DNA of 64,000 nt, from NCBI GenBank assembly GCA_034521595.1, contig JAXHMG010000003.1, positions 2,400,001 through 2,464,000 on the forward strand, written 5' to 3'. Of the stretch, positions 1-9,041 are shown piece by piece. Every line of letters starts with the position of its first letter. Positions within the stretch are counted from its first letter, which is position 1. The notes under the pieces were generated by a model. The model was not told the DNA's origin. It searched no databases and worked only from the letters and a program-made list of their open reading frames with translations. This DNA comes from Gemmatimonadota bacterium (GTDB taxonomy: Bacteria > Gemmatimonadota > Gemmatimonadetes > Longimicrobiales > Gaopeijiaceae). The translations under genes were made by a program, and so were the position numbers.

Positions 1-226
1 GGAGGCGACATAGCTTGTCGTTCACGCTCGCGTCCGGCTCGCCATGGAGCGTATGAACGACGAACACGTCCCGTCCCCGGACGTTGACCAACGGGCGGAT
101 CTTGTGTTCTCCGTCGTCGAACTCCCGCTCTTCGTGATCGGCCAACGCGATGCCGAGAGAGCGTGCCATTTTCTCCCCTAGTGGCCTACTCGTCTCGAGC
201 GCGAAGAGGCGAAGGTCGTCGGTCAT
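1..226 (-). CDS. prs: Ribose-phosphate pyrophosphokinase, N-terminal part (runs off window)
   Basis: Not in the ORF track. Manual translation from ATG at 226: MTDDLRLFALETSRPLGEKMARSLGIALADHEEREFDDGEHKIRPLVNVRGRDVFVV...; F-x-D-G-E and VRGRDVFVV are PRPP synthetase motifs; AAGGAG RBS upstream. Confidence 0.9.
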   Translation of the reverse strand, partial: MTDDLRLFALETSRPLGEKMARSLGIALADHEEREFDDGEHKIRPLVNVRGRDVFVVHTLHGEPDASVNDKLCRL

Positions 227-553
227 CGCGAATCTCCTTGGGTGCAGGCGAGCCATCCCGGGCTGCGTCGAAGTCCTTTCGTGACCATACGGTCTCCGGC
301 GCGAACGACGCCATGGGGTACGATGCCCTGAACGACCGCTCGTCACCACTCCCCGGTCCGACACTCACCGAATCCGACGGGTCACGCGCGAGCTCCCCCG
401 TTCCCCCTGTGTTGTGTGCGGTCTACCTTGCTAGGTACACCGACTCGGACGACGACATTCGGAGGCTCCGATGACAGAGGATCGGACGGTGAAGGCCACT
501 TTGGGAGGCAAGGAGCCCACCGCGGCTGGATACGAGCCCGTGCGCAGATAGTG

Positions 554-985
554 ATGTCCCTGCAGATGGGCTCTCCGGTACGCATTCCCGTCGGCTCGGC
601 CACCCTCGAGGGCGACCTCGTGGTTTCCGCGCAGGCCACCGGGATCGTGCTTTTCGCGCATGGTAGCGGAAGCAGCCGCCTGAGCCCGAGGAATCGCTTC
701 GTGGCCCATCAACTGCAGGAGGCCGGGCTCGGAACCCTTCTCTTCGACCTGTTGACCCCGGCCGAAGAGACGGTGGACGAACAGACCCGCGAGTACCGCT
801 TCGATATCGAGTTGCTCGCGAGACGGCTCGGCCACGTCACGGCATGGGTGACGAGCCAGGAAGAGATGAAGGCGGAAAAAGCCATCGAGATCGTCCCGGG
901 CGCCACGCATCTGTTCAGTGAAGAGGGCGCCCTCGAGAGGGTGGCGGAGCTCGCGGCCGAGTGGTTCGCGAAGCATCTGGCGTGA
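554..985 (+). pseudogene. Dienelactone-hydrolase-like alpha/beta hydrolase with in-frame internal deletion
   Basis: N-terminal GIVLFAHGSGSSRLSPRN and C-terminal IVPGATHLF motifs are present, but the central GYFGASTG/SRGGRPDL region is absent; only 143 aa. Confidence 0.7.
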
Positions 986-1983
986 CCGATCTCGCAGCGA
1001 AGGTCGCGTTCCTCCGACGGCCGGAAAGCTACCCGGGGAACGTGCCCGAGGTGGAGGCGATCGAGACACACATGGCCTGGGTGTTCCTGGCTGGCGACCG
1101 GGCCTACAAGATGAAGAAGCCGGTCCGTTATCGGTTTCTCGACTTCTCCACCCTGGAAGCTCGCCGCCACGACTGTGAAGAAGAGGTGCGGCTCAACCGT
1201 CGGCTCTCTCCCGACATCTACCAGGGCCTCGTCCCGCTGACGTCGGGCTTACCGGGGCTGAGCTTGGGTGGGGACGCCGAGCCGGTCGAATGGCTCGTCG
1301 TCATGAAGCGCCTACCTCGCGAGGGCATGCTGGACAGGGTGATCACGGATCAGCGTGTGGATACCGCCGAGGTCGAGCCGGCCGCCGAGCTCCTTGCCGA
1401 GTTCTTCGCTCGCCAGCCGGCGGAGCCGATGGATCCGGAAGCGTACGTCGAGCGCCTGCGGCAGGAGGTGGACGAGAACGCCACAGAGATCCCGGCACAC
1501 GCCTTCCGGCTCTCCTCGGCCGTGCGGAGGTCGGCCGACGCGCTGCGTTCCTTTCTCGATCAGGAAGCGGAGCTCCTGGGAGATCGCGTACGGTCCGGGA
1601 GGGTGATCGAGGGCCATGGCGACTTGAGGCCGGAGCATGTCTTCCTGGGGCCGCCGCCCGCCGCGATCGACTGCCTCGAGTTCGAACGGCGCTTCCGTCT
1701 TTTGGATCCCGCACAGGAGTTGGCCTTTCTAGGCCTCGAGTGCGAGCGTCTGGGCGCGCCGTGGATCGGTCGGTCGTTCTTGGAGGCTTATTGCTCCACC
1801 GCACGGGACTTCCCACCCGACCGACTCGTCGCGTTCTACGCCGCGCATTGCGGCCTCCTCCGCGCGAAGATCGCCATATGGCATCTCGAAGAGGACGTTC
1901 CGGATCCCGAGCACTGGGTCGATAAGTGTTCCAGGTATCTCGACTCGGCTACGCGACACGCCCATCGCGCTCTCGGCCGCTAG
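982..1983 (+). CDS. Aminoglycoside-phosphotransferase-like kinase (Rv2004c N-terminal-domain-like), no AAA tail
   Basis: IETHMAWVFL, AYKMKKPV, FLDFSTLE, EGHGDLRPEH and IDCLEF motifs; GTG start overlaps the upstream stop (GTGA). Confidence 0.8.
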   Translation: MTDLAAKVAFLRRPESYPGNVPEVEAIETHMAWVFLAGDRAYKMKKPVRYRFLDFSTLEARRHDCEEEVRLNRRLSPDIYQGLVPLTSGLPGLSLGGDAEPVEWLVVMKRLPREGMLDRVITDQRVDTAEVEPAAELLAEFFARQPAEPMDPEAYVERLRQEVDENATEIPAHAFRLSSAVRRSADALRSFLDQEAELLGDRVRSGRVIEGHGDLRPEHVFLGPPPAAIDCLEFERRFRLLDPAQELAFLGLECERLGAPWIGRSFLEAYCSTARDFPPDRLVAFYAAHCGLLRAKIAIWHLEEDVPDPEHWVDKCSRYLDSATRHAHRALGR

Positions 1984-2687
1984 CGGCCTCGCCGGCGGTC
2001 GGGTCCGTCGTCGAATCCCGACCGCGTGTCTTCCGTCTCCCAAGCCCGATGAAGCATTCGGCGCACCTCGTCGTCGGTGAGTTGCGGAAAATCCCGATAC
2101 CAGAAGCCGATGGCGGAGAGGCTCTTCGGGACGAGCGGACATACGACCTGATCCGCCTCGGTTCGTAGCTTCTTCACGGAGTCGGGGCTCGCCACCGGCA
2201 CGGCCACCACGACGCTGCGAGGGCGCTGCGTTCGCACGGCCCGGACCGCCGCGCGAATGGTCGACCCGGTCGCGACGCCGTCGTCGACGACGATGACCGT
2301 TCGCCCTGCGAGCCCGGGGACCGGGCGGTCGCCCCGGTAGGCCTTCTCACGCCGCTCGAGCTCGCGGCGCTCGCCCTGCTCGACCACCTCGAGCGCCTCT
2401 GCGCTGACGTGCGCCATCTCCAGGACGGTTTCGTTCAACAGTCGGACACCTCCGGATGCGATAGCGCCCATGGCGAGCTCCGGTTGGCTCGGGAGGCCGA
2501 GCTTCCGGACCACCATTACGTCCAAGGGAAGCTCGAGCTCTCGGGCGACCTCGTAACCGACGGGAACCCCGCCGCGGGGCAAAGCCAGCACCAACGCGTC
2601 CTCGCGGCTCGGAAGATCCGAGCGAAGCTCCTGCGCCAATCGGCGGCCGGCCTCCGTCCGGTCGTGATAACCCTTCAGCTCGGCCAT
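1980..2687 (-). CDS. Phosphoribosyltransferase (Rv0571c-like)
   Basis: DRTEAGRRLA, LALPRGGVPV, and PRPP-binding loop VIVVDDGVATGST. Confidence 0.9.
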   Translation of the reverse strand: MAELKGYHDRTEAGRRLAQELRSDLPSREDALVLALPRGGVPVGYEVARELELPLDVMVVRKLGLPSQPELAMGAIASGGVRLLNETVLEMAHVSAEALEVVEQGERRELERREKAYRGDRPVPGLAGRTVIVVDDGVATGSTIRAAVRAVRTQRPRSVVVAVPVASPDSVKKLRTEADQVVCPLVPKSLSAIGFWYRDFPQLTDDEVRRMLHRAWETEDTRSGFDDGPDRRRGR

Positions 2688-2888
2688 GATCGTTCACTCC
2701 GGCTCGGGCGTAGCATGATGCCCCAATCTCGGGACATATCGTCCCGGCACGACCGGGAATCCGGGCGAATCGCGCTGTCGGTGCGCTGTGGACGGGCGGC
2801 ACGCCATGTGCGGGAGGGGCGTCACCCGGAACGATCTCCGGCTAGCGCCCGAAACGCAACTTGCTCCCCGTGAACGAGGATACGCGAC

Positions 2889-3164
2889 ATGGTCCAGCGC
2901 AACCCCTGGCCCTGGAACGAGTCACTCGGTGGGATCGCTGTGGAAGGGGGTGGTGCCTACCGGATCCGTCGGATCCTGTTCGGGATGGTCCGGGATCGAT
3001 GCACCGAGCTGGGCCTGTCGGAGGGTGACATCATCCGGTGCACGCATCGTGACCGGGAGATGGTCGAGGTTCGACTCTCGTCCGGGTGCAAGAAGAAGCT
3101 CGACCTCGCCTACGCTTGGTTCATCAAAGTCGAGCCTGTCGTGGAGCAGTCGGTGGCGGGGTGA
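2889..3164 (+). CDS. Small protein, possible FeoA/SH3-like domain
   Basis: GAGG RBS; RDRCTELGLSEGDIIRC resembles the FeoA R-L-x-x-LG-x-x-x-G motif. Confidence 0.5.
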   Translation: MVQRNPWPWNESLGGIAVEGGGAYRIRRILFGMVRDRCTELGLSEGDIIRCTHRDREMVEVRLSSGCKKKLDLAYAWFIKVEPVVEQSVAG

Positions 3165-3323
3165 ATGGAATCAACCTCCAGCAACAGACGCATAATACGG
3201 CGGAGGTGCTCGCAAGAAATCGGGCGGTTGCATCATGCACCACGTCAACCGCCCAGGTTTCAGGATACGAGGGTAGCTGCGCCGGCGTGCAAAAGCGGGG
3301 CATGTGAGTATGAGGGTTGTGCT

Positions 3324-3875
3324 TCAACCCGCACTGACCCCGCTGAAGTGCGTCTCAACGGGGACACCCGAGCGCAGCGTCTGCAACACGACACAACTGT
3401 GCTCCGCAGCGTCCAAGAGGTTCTGCACACGCTTCGGGTCGGTACCCTCGGCCACCTGCACGTCAACGTGGCATCGCATCGACTGAAACCCGACTGGGAC
3501 GGTTCTGTCGACCAGCAGTGTCCCTCGAACATCCACGTCAGCCGTGACAGCTACCTCGAGCAGCTTCAGCGTGACGTCCAGACGCTCGGCGATCATACGG
3601 ATGGTCGAGTCCAGGCAGGCGGCGAGAGCGGCACACAGCACGTCTCCGGGGTTCGGGGCGTCATGGTATCCACCGACGGCGCGGTGGATACCGAAGGGCC
3701 AACTGACGCCGAAATCCTCACTCCCGGCTAGGACGAAGCCGTGAAACGGATCGGCATTGGTGCCCCCCGTCGTCCGCGCTCGGTCAGTGATCGCGGCTTC
3801 CTCGGGCGCAGCCTTGTAGCGTTCCCGGAGAGGATCTTGTCGCTCCCGGACACTCGTCGAGTCTTTCTCAGCCAT
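3324..3875 (-). CDS. OsmC/Ohr family protein
   Basis: PNPGDVLCAALAACL and AEHSCVVLQTL carry the two conserved cysteines. Confidence 0.88.
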   Translation of the reverse strand: MAEKDSTSVRERQDPLRERYKAAPEEAAITDRARTTGGTNADPFHGFVLAGSEDFGVSWPFGIHRAVGGYHDAPNPGDVLCAALAACLDSTIRMIAERLDVTLKLLEVAVTADVDVRGTLLVDRTVPVGFQSMRCHVDVQVAEGTDPKRVQNLLDAAEHSCVVLQTLRSGVPVETHFSGVSAG

Positions 3876-4024
3876 GAGTCACCCTCGTGTTAGTCACTGG
3901 ATTGGGCCTAATCAGTCGTTCAATTCGCTCTTCCCCTCACGTCACGCAACATCCGATCCATGGATCTCGCCATGTGACATCACTGCGCGCGGAGCGGGCT
4001 CAACGCAGTGCGGTGACGCCCCTC

Positions 4025-6103
4025 CTACGCGCTCATCGCCGCTTCCCGCTCCTTTCGAACCTGCTGCGCCACGTGGTCCGGAGCCGGCTCGTATCCGGCC
4101 GGCTTCCGCGTGTGGAAGGCGCGCCCCTGGGTCATCGAGCGCAGCGTCGCCGCGTACTTGTAGAGCTCCGCCTCGGGTACGATCGCCCGCACCGTGGTCC
4201 TCCCGTCCTCCGGATCCATGCCCTGCACCTTCCCGCGCCGTGAGGTGAGGTCGCCCATGATGTCGCCGACGTATTCGTCCGGGGTCACCACGGAGACCTC
4301 CACCACCGGCTCGAGCAAGATCGGGGCGCACTTCTCGGCGACGGTCCGGAAGGCGAGCGCGCCGGCGAGCTTGAACGCGATGTCCGACGAATCCACCGGG
4401 TGATACGACCCGTCGAAACACTCGACGGCGAAGTCCACCACCGGATACCCGGCGACGACTCCGCGCTCGGCGGCTTCTTGAATTCCGCGGTCCACGGAGG
4501 GGAGGTACTTGGAGGGGATCACCCCGCCCTTGATCGAATCGATGAACTCGTACCCGGACCCGCGCGGGCGCGGCACGAGTCGGATCTTACAGTCTCCGAA
4601 CTGCCCGCGCCCACCGGACTGTTTCTTGTGCCGTCCCTGTCCGTCCCCGGTGGTGGTGAGTGTCTCGCGGTAGGGGATCTTCGGTTGCTCGGTCTCGACC
4701 GTCACCCCGTACTTTCGCGCCATTCTTTCGAGCTGGATCTCGAGGTGGAGCTCGCCGACGCCGCGCGCGATGGTCTGATGGAGCTCGGAGTCGAAGGCGG
4801 CCGAGAAGGTCGGATCCTCGTCGCGGAGCTTCGGGATGACCTCACCCAGCTTGTCCTCGTCGTTGCGGCTCACCCCCCTGATCGCCATGGCGATATCCGC
4901 GGCGGGGAATTCGATGGCTTCGAGCGCGATCCGGCGCTCCTTCGAGCACAGGGTGTCGTTGGTGTGCGTGTGCTTGAGCTTGGCCACGACACCGATGTCG
5001 CCCGCGTGAAGCCGGGGAACCTCCACGCGGTCACGCCCCAGGGGTACGCTCAGATGGTTCAGCTTCTCGGGCTGGCCGTCGAACGCGTTCACGACTTCGT
5101 CCCCGTTCGACACGCTTCCGGAGAAGACGCGGAAGTAGGAGAGCTCGCCCACGTGGGGCTCCGACGCGGTCTTGAACACGAACGCGGCGAGCGGCCCGTC
5201 GTCCCCGACGAGCAACGGCTCACCCTCGACGATCTCCGGACGTGCTTCGGCGGGGCTCGGGCAGAGCTCCACCAGCTTCCGCAAGAGCGCCCGCATGCCG
5301 AAGGTCCTGGGGGCCGCGCCGCAGAAGACGGGGAAGGCCTCCATCCGGCCCATCGCACGGGCCATCGCGTCGATGGCTTCTTCCCGGGAGATGCGACCGC
5401 CCTCGAGGTAGGCCTCCAACAAGCTCTCGTCGGTCGTGGCCAAGGACTCCTGGAGCTCGGTTTCCCAGCGCTCTTCCTCCTCGACGAGATCGTCAGGGAC
5501 CGGCGCTTCCTCGTATTCCCCCGTCTCTGTCCCGGGTGCATAGATGTGCGCCCGCTCGCTGAACAGGTTGATGATGCCCCTGAAATCGGCTCCTTCACCC
5601 ACGGGGATCTCGACCGGAAGCGCGCCGGTGGCGAGGCGGGTCTTGATTTGCCGGAACGCGCGCCCGAAGTCGGCGTGCTCCTTGTCCATCATCGAGACGA
5701 ACAAGATCCGGGGGATCCCCCGCTCCTCACAGTAGCGCCACACACGCTCAGTGCCGACCTCCACGCCGGCCGTCGCGCTCACCACGATGATGGCGGCGTC
5801 GGCTACCCGCACGGCCGAGAGGGCCTCCCCGGTGAAGTCGAGATATCCCGGCGTGTCGAGAAGGTTGATCTTGGTGTCCATGTGCTCCGCGAACGCGGGC
5901 GTGAGCTGCACCGAGATCCCGTGGGCGAGCTCCTCGGGCGCGTGCATCGTGAGCGCCTGCCCTTCATCCACGCTCCCACGCCGCTTCGAGGTCCCCGCCG
6001 TGAAACACAGCGCATCCACCAGACTGGACTTTCCCGAGCCTCCGTGGCCGAGAACGGCGATGTTGCGGATGTGGTCGGTCGAGTATTCCTGGGCCGATGA
6101 CAT
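4025..6103 (-). CDS. fusA: Elongation factor G paralog (EF-G2-like)
   Basis: IRNIAVLGHGGSGKS, DTPGYLDF, KKQSGGRGQFG, DGSYHPVDSS, LRSMTQGR; start at MSSAQ with GGAGG RBS; not in an rpsL-rpsG-tuf context. Confidence 0.93.
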   Translation of the reverse strand: MSSAQEYSTDHIRNIAVLGHGGSGKSSLVDALCFTAGTSKRRGSVDEGQALTMHAPEELAHGISVQLTPAFAEHMDTKINLLDTPGYLDFTGEALSAVRVADAAIIVVSATAGVEVGTERVWRYCEERGIPRILFVSMMDKEHADFGRAFRQIKTRLATGALPVEIPVGEGADFRGIINLFSERAHIYAPGTETGEYEEAPVPDDLVEEEERWETELQESLATTDESLLEAYLEGGRISREEAIDAMARAMGRMEAFPVFCGAAPRTFGMRALLRKLVELCPSPAEARPEIVEGEPLLVGDDGPLAAFVFKTASEPHVGELSYFRVFSGSVSNGDEVVNAFDGQPEKLNHLSVPLGRDRVEVPRLHAGDIGVVAKLKHTHTNDTLCSKERRIALEAIEFPAADIAMAIRGVSRNDEDKLGEVIPKLRDEDPTFSAAFDSELHQTIARGVGELHLEIQLERMARKYGVTVETEQPKIPYRETLTTTGDGQGRHKKQSGGRGQFGDCKIRLVPRPRGSGYEFIDSIKGGVIPSKYLPSVDRGIQEAAERGVVAGYPVVDFAVECFDGSYHPVDSSDIAFKLAGALAFRTVAEKCAPILLEPVVEVSVVTPDEYVGDIMGDLTSRRGKVQGMDPEDGRTTVRAIVPEAELYKYAATLRSMTQGRAFHTRKPAGYEPAPDHVAQQVRKEREAAMSA

Positions 6104-6331
6104 GCGGGCTCCTCCGGGTCTCGGGTGGCACGAGGCCCGCGGTCGCCCTGGGAGCGCTTCCGGTGCTCCGGTCCCGGGGCGATCCCCGGTCCCCGACGGC
6201 CCCGGTGGACGGTCGCACGCGAGCGCCCGGCCCGCACCGCGAACGTTCACCGGTTGGGCTTCCGATCTTAGGCGTGGGGGGAGGCCGCGAGCAAGGATAT
6301 CCAGGGAAGCGATGCCTGCCGACTCGGCATC

Positions 6332-7603
6332 TCAGGCGATGCAACCCTGCTGCGCCTCGGGCCGTCCGGAATCTTCGACCGTGGGGTCGCCCACGAGCCC
6401 GACGAACAGGATCGTGCCCGAGAAGCGTTCCCGGATGGCGAGCACGTACGGACGGTCGACGACCAGGCCGTTGAACGACGTCGGCCCCACGCCCACCGTG
6501 GTCGCCGCAGCCGCTCGGGTTCCGGCCTCGTCCACCTCGAGCATGGTCTTCTGGCGGACGAAGTCCAGACACAGCTGCTCGGTCTCGCTCATCCCCGAGA
6601 AATCCGCGGCCGTCGTGAAGGCCCGGTCCATCCCCATGTCCCGGAGCGCGTCGTTCAGCAACGCGTCGTAGGCGAGCGACAGCTTCGGCATGGACAGCAG
6701 ATCGATCTCCCGTGGCTCTCCCAGGCTCTCCACGATCGAGTCCCAACGCGCCTGGTCGAGATCGGCCACGAACGCGCGGGGGTCGTCCTGCGGCACGACG
6801 ACCGTCATCGCGAAAGCACCGCCCCCGTAGGGCAGCTCCGCCGCCTGGTAGCCGCTGCCGGCCCCGAGCGCGACCTCCGCGTCCGTGAGCTCCATCATGT
6901 CGACCGTCACCGTCGACCCGTCCGCCCGCGTGAACGGGCCCGGCTCCGTGTCGTCCGGGTCGAACTCCGTCGTCCACGTGCCGTCGAAGTAGATCGCGTT
7001 GACGAGAAGCATCGCGAGGTCGGGATCCAGATCGTCGAGGATCGTCTCGATGAACCCTTCGGTCCGCTCGTCCACCCAGGCATTGATCTCCTCGAGGGTC
7101 GCGGCATCCGAGAAGTCGCGGGCCGCGGCCTCGGCGTCGAATGCCGCGCGCACGGTCTCGAAAAACGCTTCCCGAAACGTGACCTCCTCGTTGGCCCAGA
7201 TCGCGTTGGCGATGTCGAACCGGACCTCGGGATCCAACCCGGTCAGGAGATCGATGAGGTCCCGGTAGGAGTCGTTGATCTCGTCCGCCGAAAGCCCGTC
7301 GAAGCCGAGCGTGGCGCGCATCGCGTCAAGGGTTTCGTCACGCGCGCCGTTGAGCGTCATTCCGAGGGCCATCGAGGCACTCAGGGGGGAGAGCACGACA
7401 TTCGCACGCTCGTCCGCCGCCGTGACCCGTCGGAAGAGCTCGAGACCGAATCCGTTCGACCGGTTCACGACCTCCTGCTCCGCGACGCTCAAGCTCCGTG
7501 GCAGCTCGGTGATCGGGTCGCCCGACGGGGGCCCAGACGGATCGGAGCACCCGAGCAACACGAGCCCGACCGCCCCGGCCCTAGCAGCCGAAGGAAAGCG
7601 CAT
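6332..7603 (-). CDS. Serpin family lipoprotein
   Basis: Lipobox LLGC; NVVLSPLS, LVNAIYFDGTW, hinge VDEAGTRAAAAT, DRPY..IRE...GTILFVG. Confidence 0.93.
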   Translation of the reverse strand: MRFPSAARAGAVGLVLLGCSDPSGPPSGDPITELPRSLSVAEQEVVNRSNGFGLELFRRVTAADERANVVLSPLSASMALGMTLNGARDETLDAMRATLGFDGLSADEINDSYRDLIDLLTGLDPEVRFDIANAIWANEEVTFREAFFETVRAAFDAEAAARDFSDAATLEEINAWVDERTEGFIETILDDLDPDLAMLLVNAIYFDGTWTTEFDPDDTEPGPFTRADGSTVTVDMMELTDAEVALGAGSGYQAAELPYGGGAFAMTVVVPQDDPRAFVADLDQARWDSIVESLGEPREIDLLSMPKLSLAYDALLNDALRDMGMDRAFTTAADFSGMSETEQLCLDFVRQKTMLEVDEAGTRAAAATTVGVGPTSFNGLVVDRPYVLAIRERFSGTILFVGLVGDPTVEDSGRPEAQQGCIA

Positions 7604-7727
7604 GGTCTCACTCCATCGTAATGCACGCGGGCCAGCCCCTCGTGGGCGTGACCCTGGAAAGGATCCATGCGCTGAACGATCGGCCGCCCGAATCGTGACA
7701 GGCCGGAGGGCCGCTAGCAGCGGCTAG

Positions 7728-8330
7728 CTACACCACCTCCGCTCGCTTCTCGATGATCTTGCCCACCAGCCCGTAGTCCACGGCGGCATCGGCGTCGAGC
7801 CAAAAGTTCCGGCGCGTGTCCTTCTCGATCTGCTCCAGCGTCTGGCCCGTCTCCCGCGCGAAGACCTGGTTCAAGCGATCCCGCATCTTGAGGATCTCGC
7901 GCGCTTCGATCTCGATGTCGCTGGCCGACCCTCCGGCGCCGCCGGCCGGCTGATGCAGGAGGAAACGCGTGTTGGGAAGAGAGAAACGATCCTCCCGGGG
8001 CACCGATACGTAGATGAGCGCGCCGGCGCTCGCGACCCAACCGGTCCCCACCATGCGCACCCGCGGCCCCACGAAGCGGATCATGTCGTGGATGGTGTCA
8101 CCCGACTCCACGTGTCCTCCCTGGGAGTTCACGAAGACGGTGATGTCCTCGTCGGACTCGCTCGAAAGCGCCAGCAGCTGCGAGATGACCGACGCGGCGA
8201 GCTTCTGGTCGACTTCACCCGTGATGACGACGGTCCGGGCCTCGAACAGCCGTTCGGCGATGAACTGGTGGGGGAAATCCAGTGCCGGGTCGGTGGGCAC
8301 GGCGCTGGTGGATCGAGCGTTGTGCGACAT
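7728..8330 (-). CDS. clpP: ATP-dependent Clp protease proteolytic subunit (secondary paralog)
   Basis: NSQGGHV, GWVASAG (Ser), LLHQPAGG (His); no clpX or tig neighbours. Confidence 0.92.
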   Translation of the reverse strand: MSHNARSTSAVPTDPALDFPHQFIAERLFEARTVVITGEVDQKLAASVISQLLALSSESDEDITVFVNSQGGHVESGDTIHDMIRFVGPRVRMVGTGWVASAGALIYVSVPREDRFSLPNTRFLLHQPAGGAGGSASDIEIEAREILKMRDRLNQVFARETGQTLEQIEKDTRRNFWLDADAAVDYGLVGKIIEKRAEVV

Positions 8331-8489
8331 GTGGTTGCGGTCCTCGTTGCGGCAGGCCGATTACCGGGCGTGACGTGCCGGTTTCGGTCGGAAGGGAGTT
8401 ACAGTCCGCCCCCCATACGCCGGAGCGGCCCACGGGTTTCCCGGCCGGTCACCGACCGGTGCACCCGAGGCCGCCCGGCTCCCCGCACC

Positions 8490-8702
8490 TCAGCAGCTCG
8501 GTGGCTCATCCGCACGGTGCACGCCCGTCGCCCGCAGGATGTCCTCCATGAGGCACCAGCGGGTGAGGGACGACTGGATGAGGTTCACTCCCACGAAGGC
8601 GGTGAAGAGGTACCACCAAGGACTGATCCACGTGCCCAACGCCAGCGACGCCAGGATGAAGGTGCCCGCGATCAATCGGATCTTTCGTTCCATGGTCATC
8701 AT
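8490..8702 (-). CDS. DUF2892 (YgaP-like) small membrane protein
   Basis: MERKIRLIAG...LFTAFVGVNLIQSSLTRWCLME pattern; start overlaps the upstream stop (ATGA). Confidence 0.88.
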   Translation of the reverse strand: MMTMERKIRLIAGTFILASLALGTWISPWWYLFTAFVGVNLIQSSLTRWCLMEDILRATGVHRADEPPSC

Positions 8703-9037
8703 GTATCTCCATTCGCTCGGGTTGAATCGTTCACCTGCCGCACGGACCTCTCCACGTCCACCTGGAAGGCCTGAACGGGGTGGTCCGCGTCCGCTCCTTC
8801 CGGCCACCCCTTGATAGCCTCGAGAAGGCGCTCGGCCTCCACGTCGGGGAGCACGGCGAAAACCATCCGGGAGCGGTACGGAACCGCTTCTCCGTACCAC
8901 CCACCACCTTTGCCCCTGCCCCCGTGGCCTTCGAGCGGCAAGCGACTGAACACTGAGACGCCGAGCTCACGGAAGCCCCGCATCACGAGCTCGTCGTCGT
9001 CCTCCAGGTACATCAGGAATACCAGCTTCATGGTCAT
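8699..9037 (-). CDS. PII-like transporter-associated protein (PG0541-type)
   Basis: 112 aa; MKLVFLMY start, G-x-G Gly-rich loop, C-terminal AFQVDVE; directly follows the RND permease. Confidence 0.7.
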   Translation of the reverse strand: MTMKLVFLMYLEDDDELVMRGFRELGVSVFSRLPLEGHGGRGKGGGWYGEAVPYRSRMVFAVLPDVEAERLLEAIKGWPEGADADHPVQAFQVDVERSVRQVNDSTRANGDT

Positions 9038-9041
9038 CTCC

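Noticed and set aside
2797-2811. sigma54-like CGGCACG-CCAT-GTGC (and a similar match near 39670)
   Set aside because: Two or more mismatches to consensus; such matches are common by chance in GC-rich DNA.
4400-6100. Long antisense ORFs (also 9837-11744, 18919-19968, 60171-61265 and others)
   Set aside because: Shadow ORFs opposite clear genes, expected in high-GC DNA; no recognisable motifs.
6332-8330. Serpin as a dedicated inhibitor of the adjacent ClpP
   Set aside because: The serpin is an exported lipoprotein, whereas ClpP is cytoplasmic with sequestered active sites.
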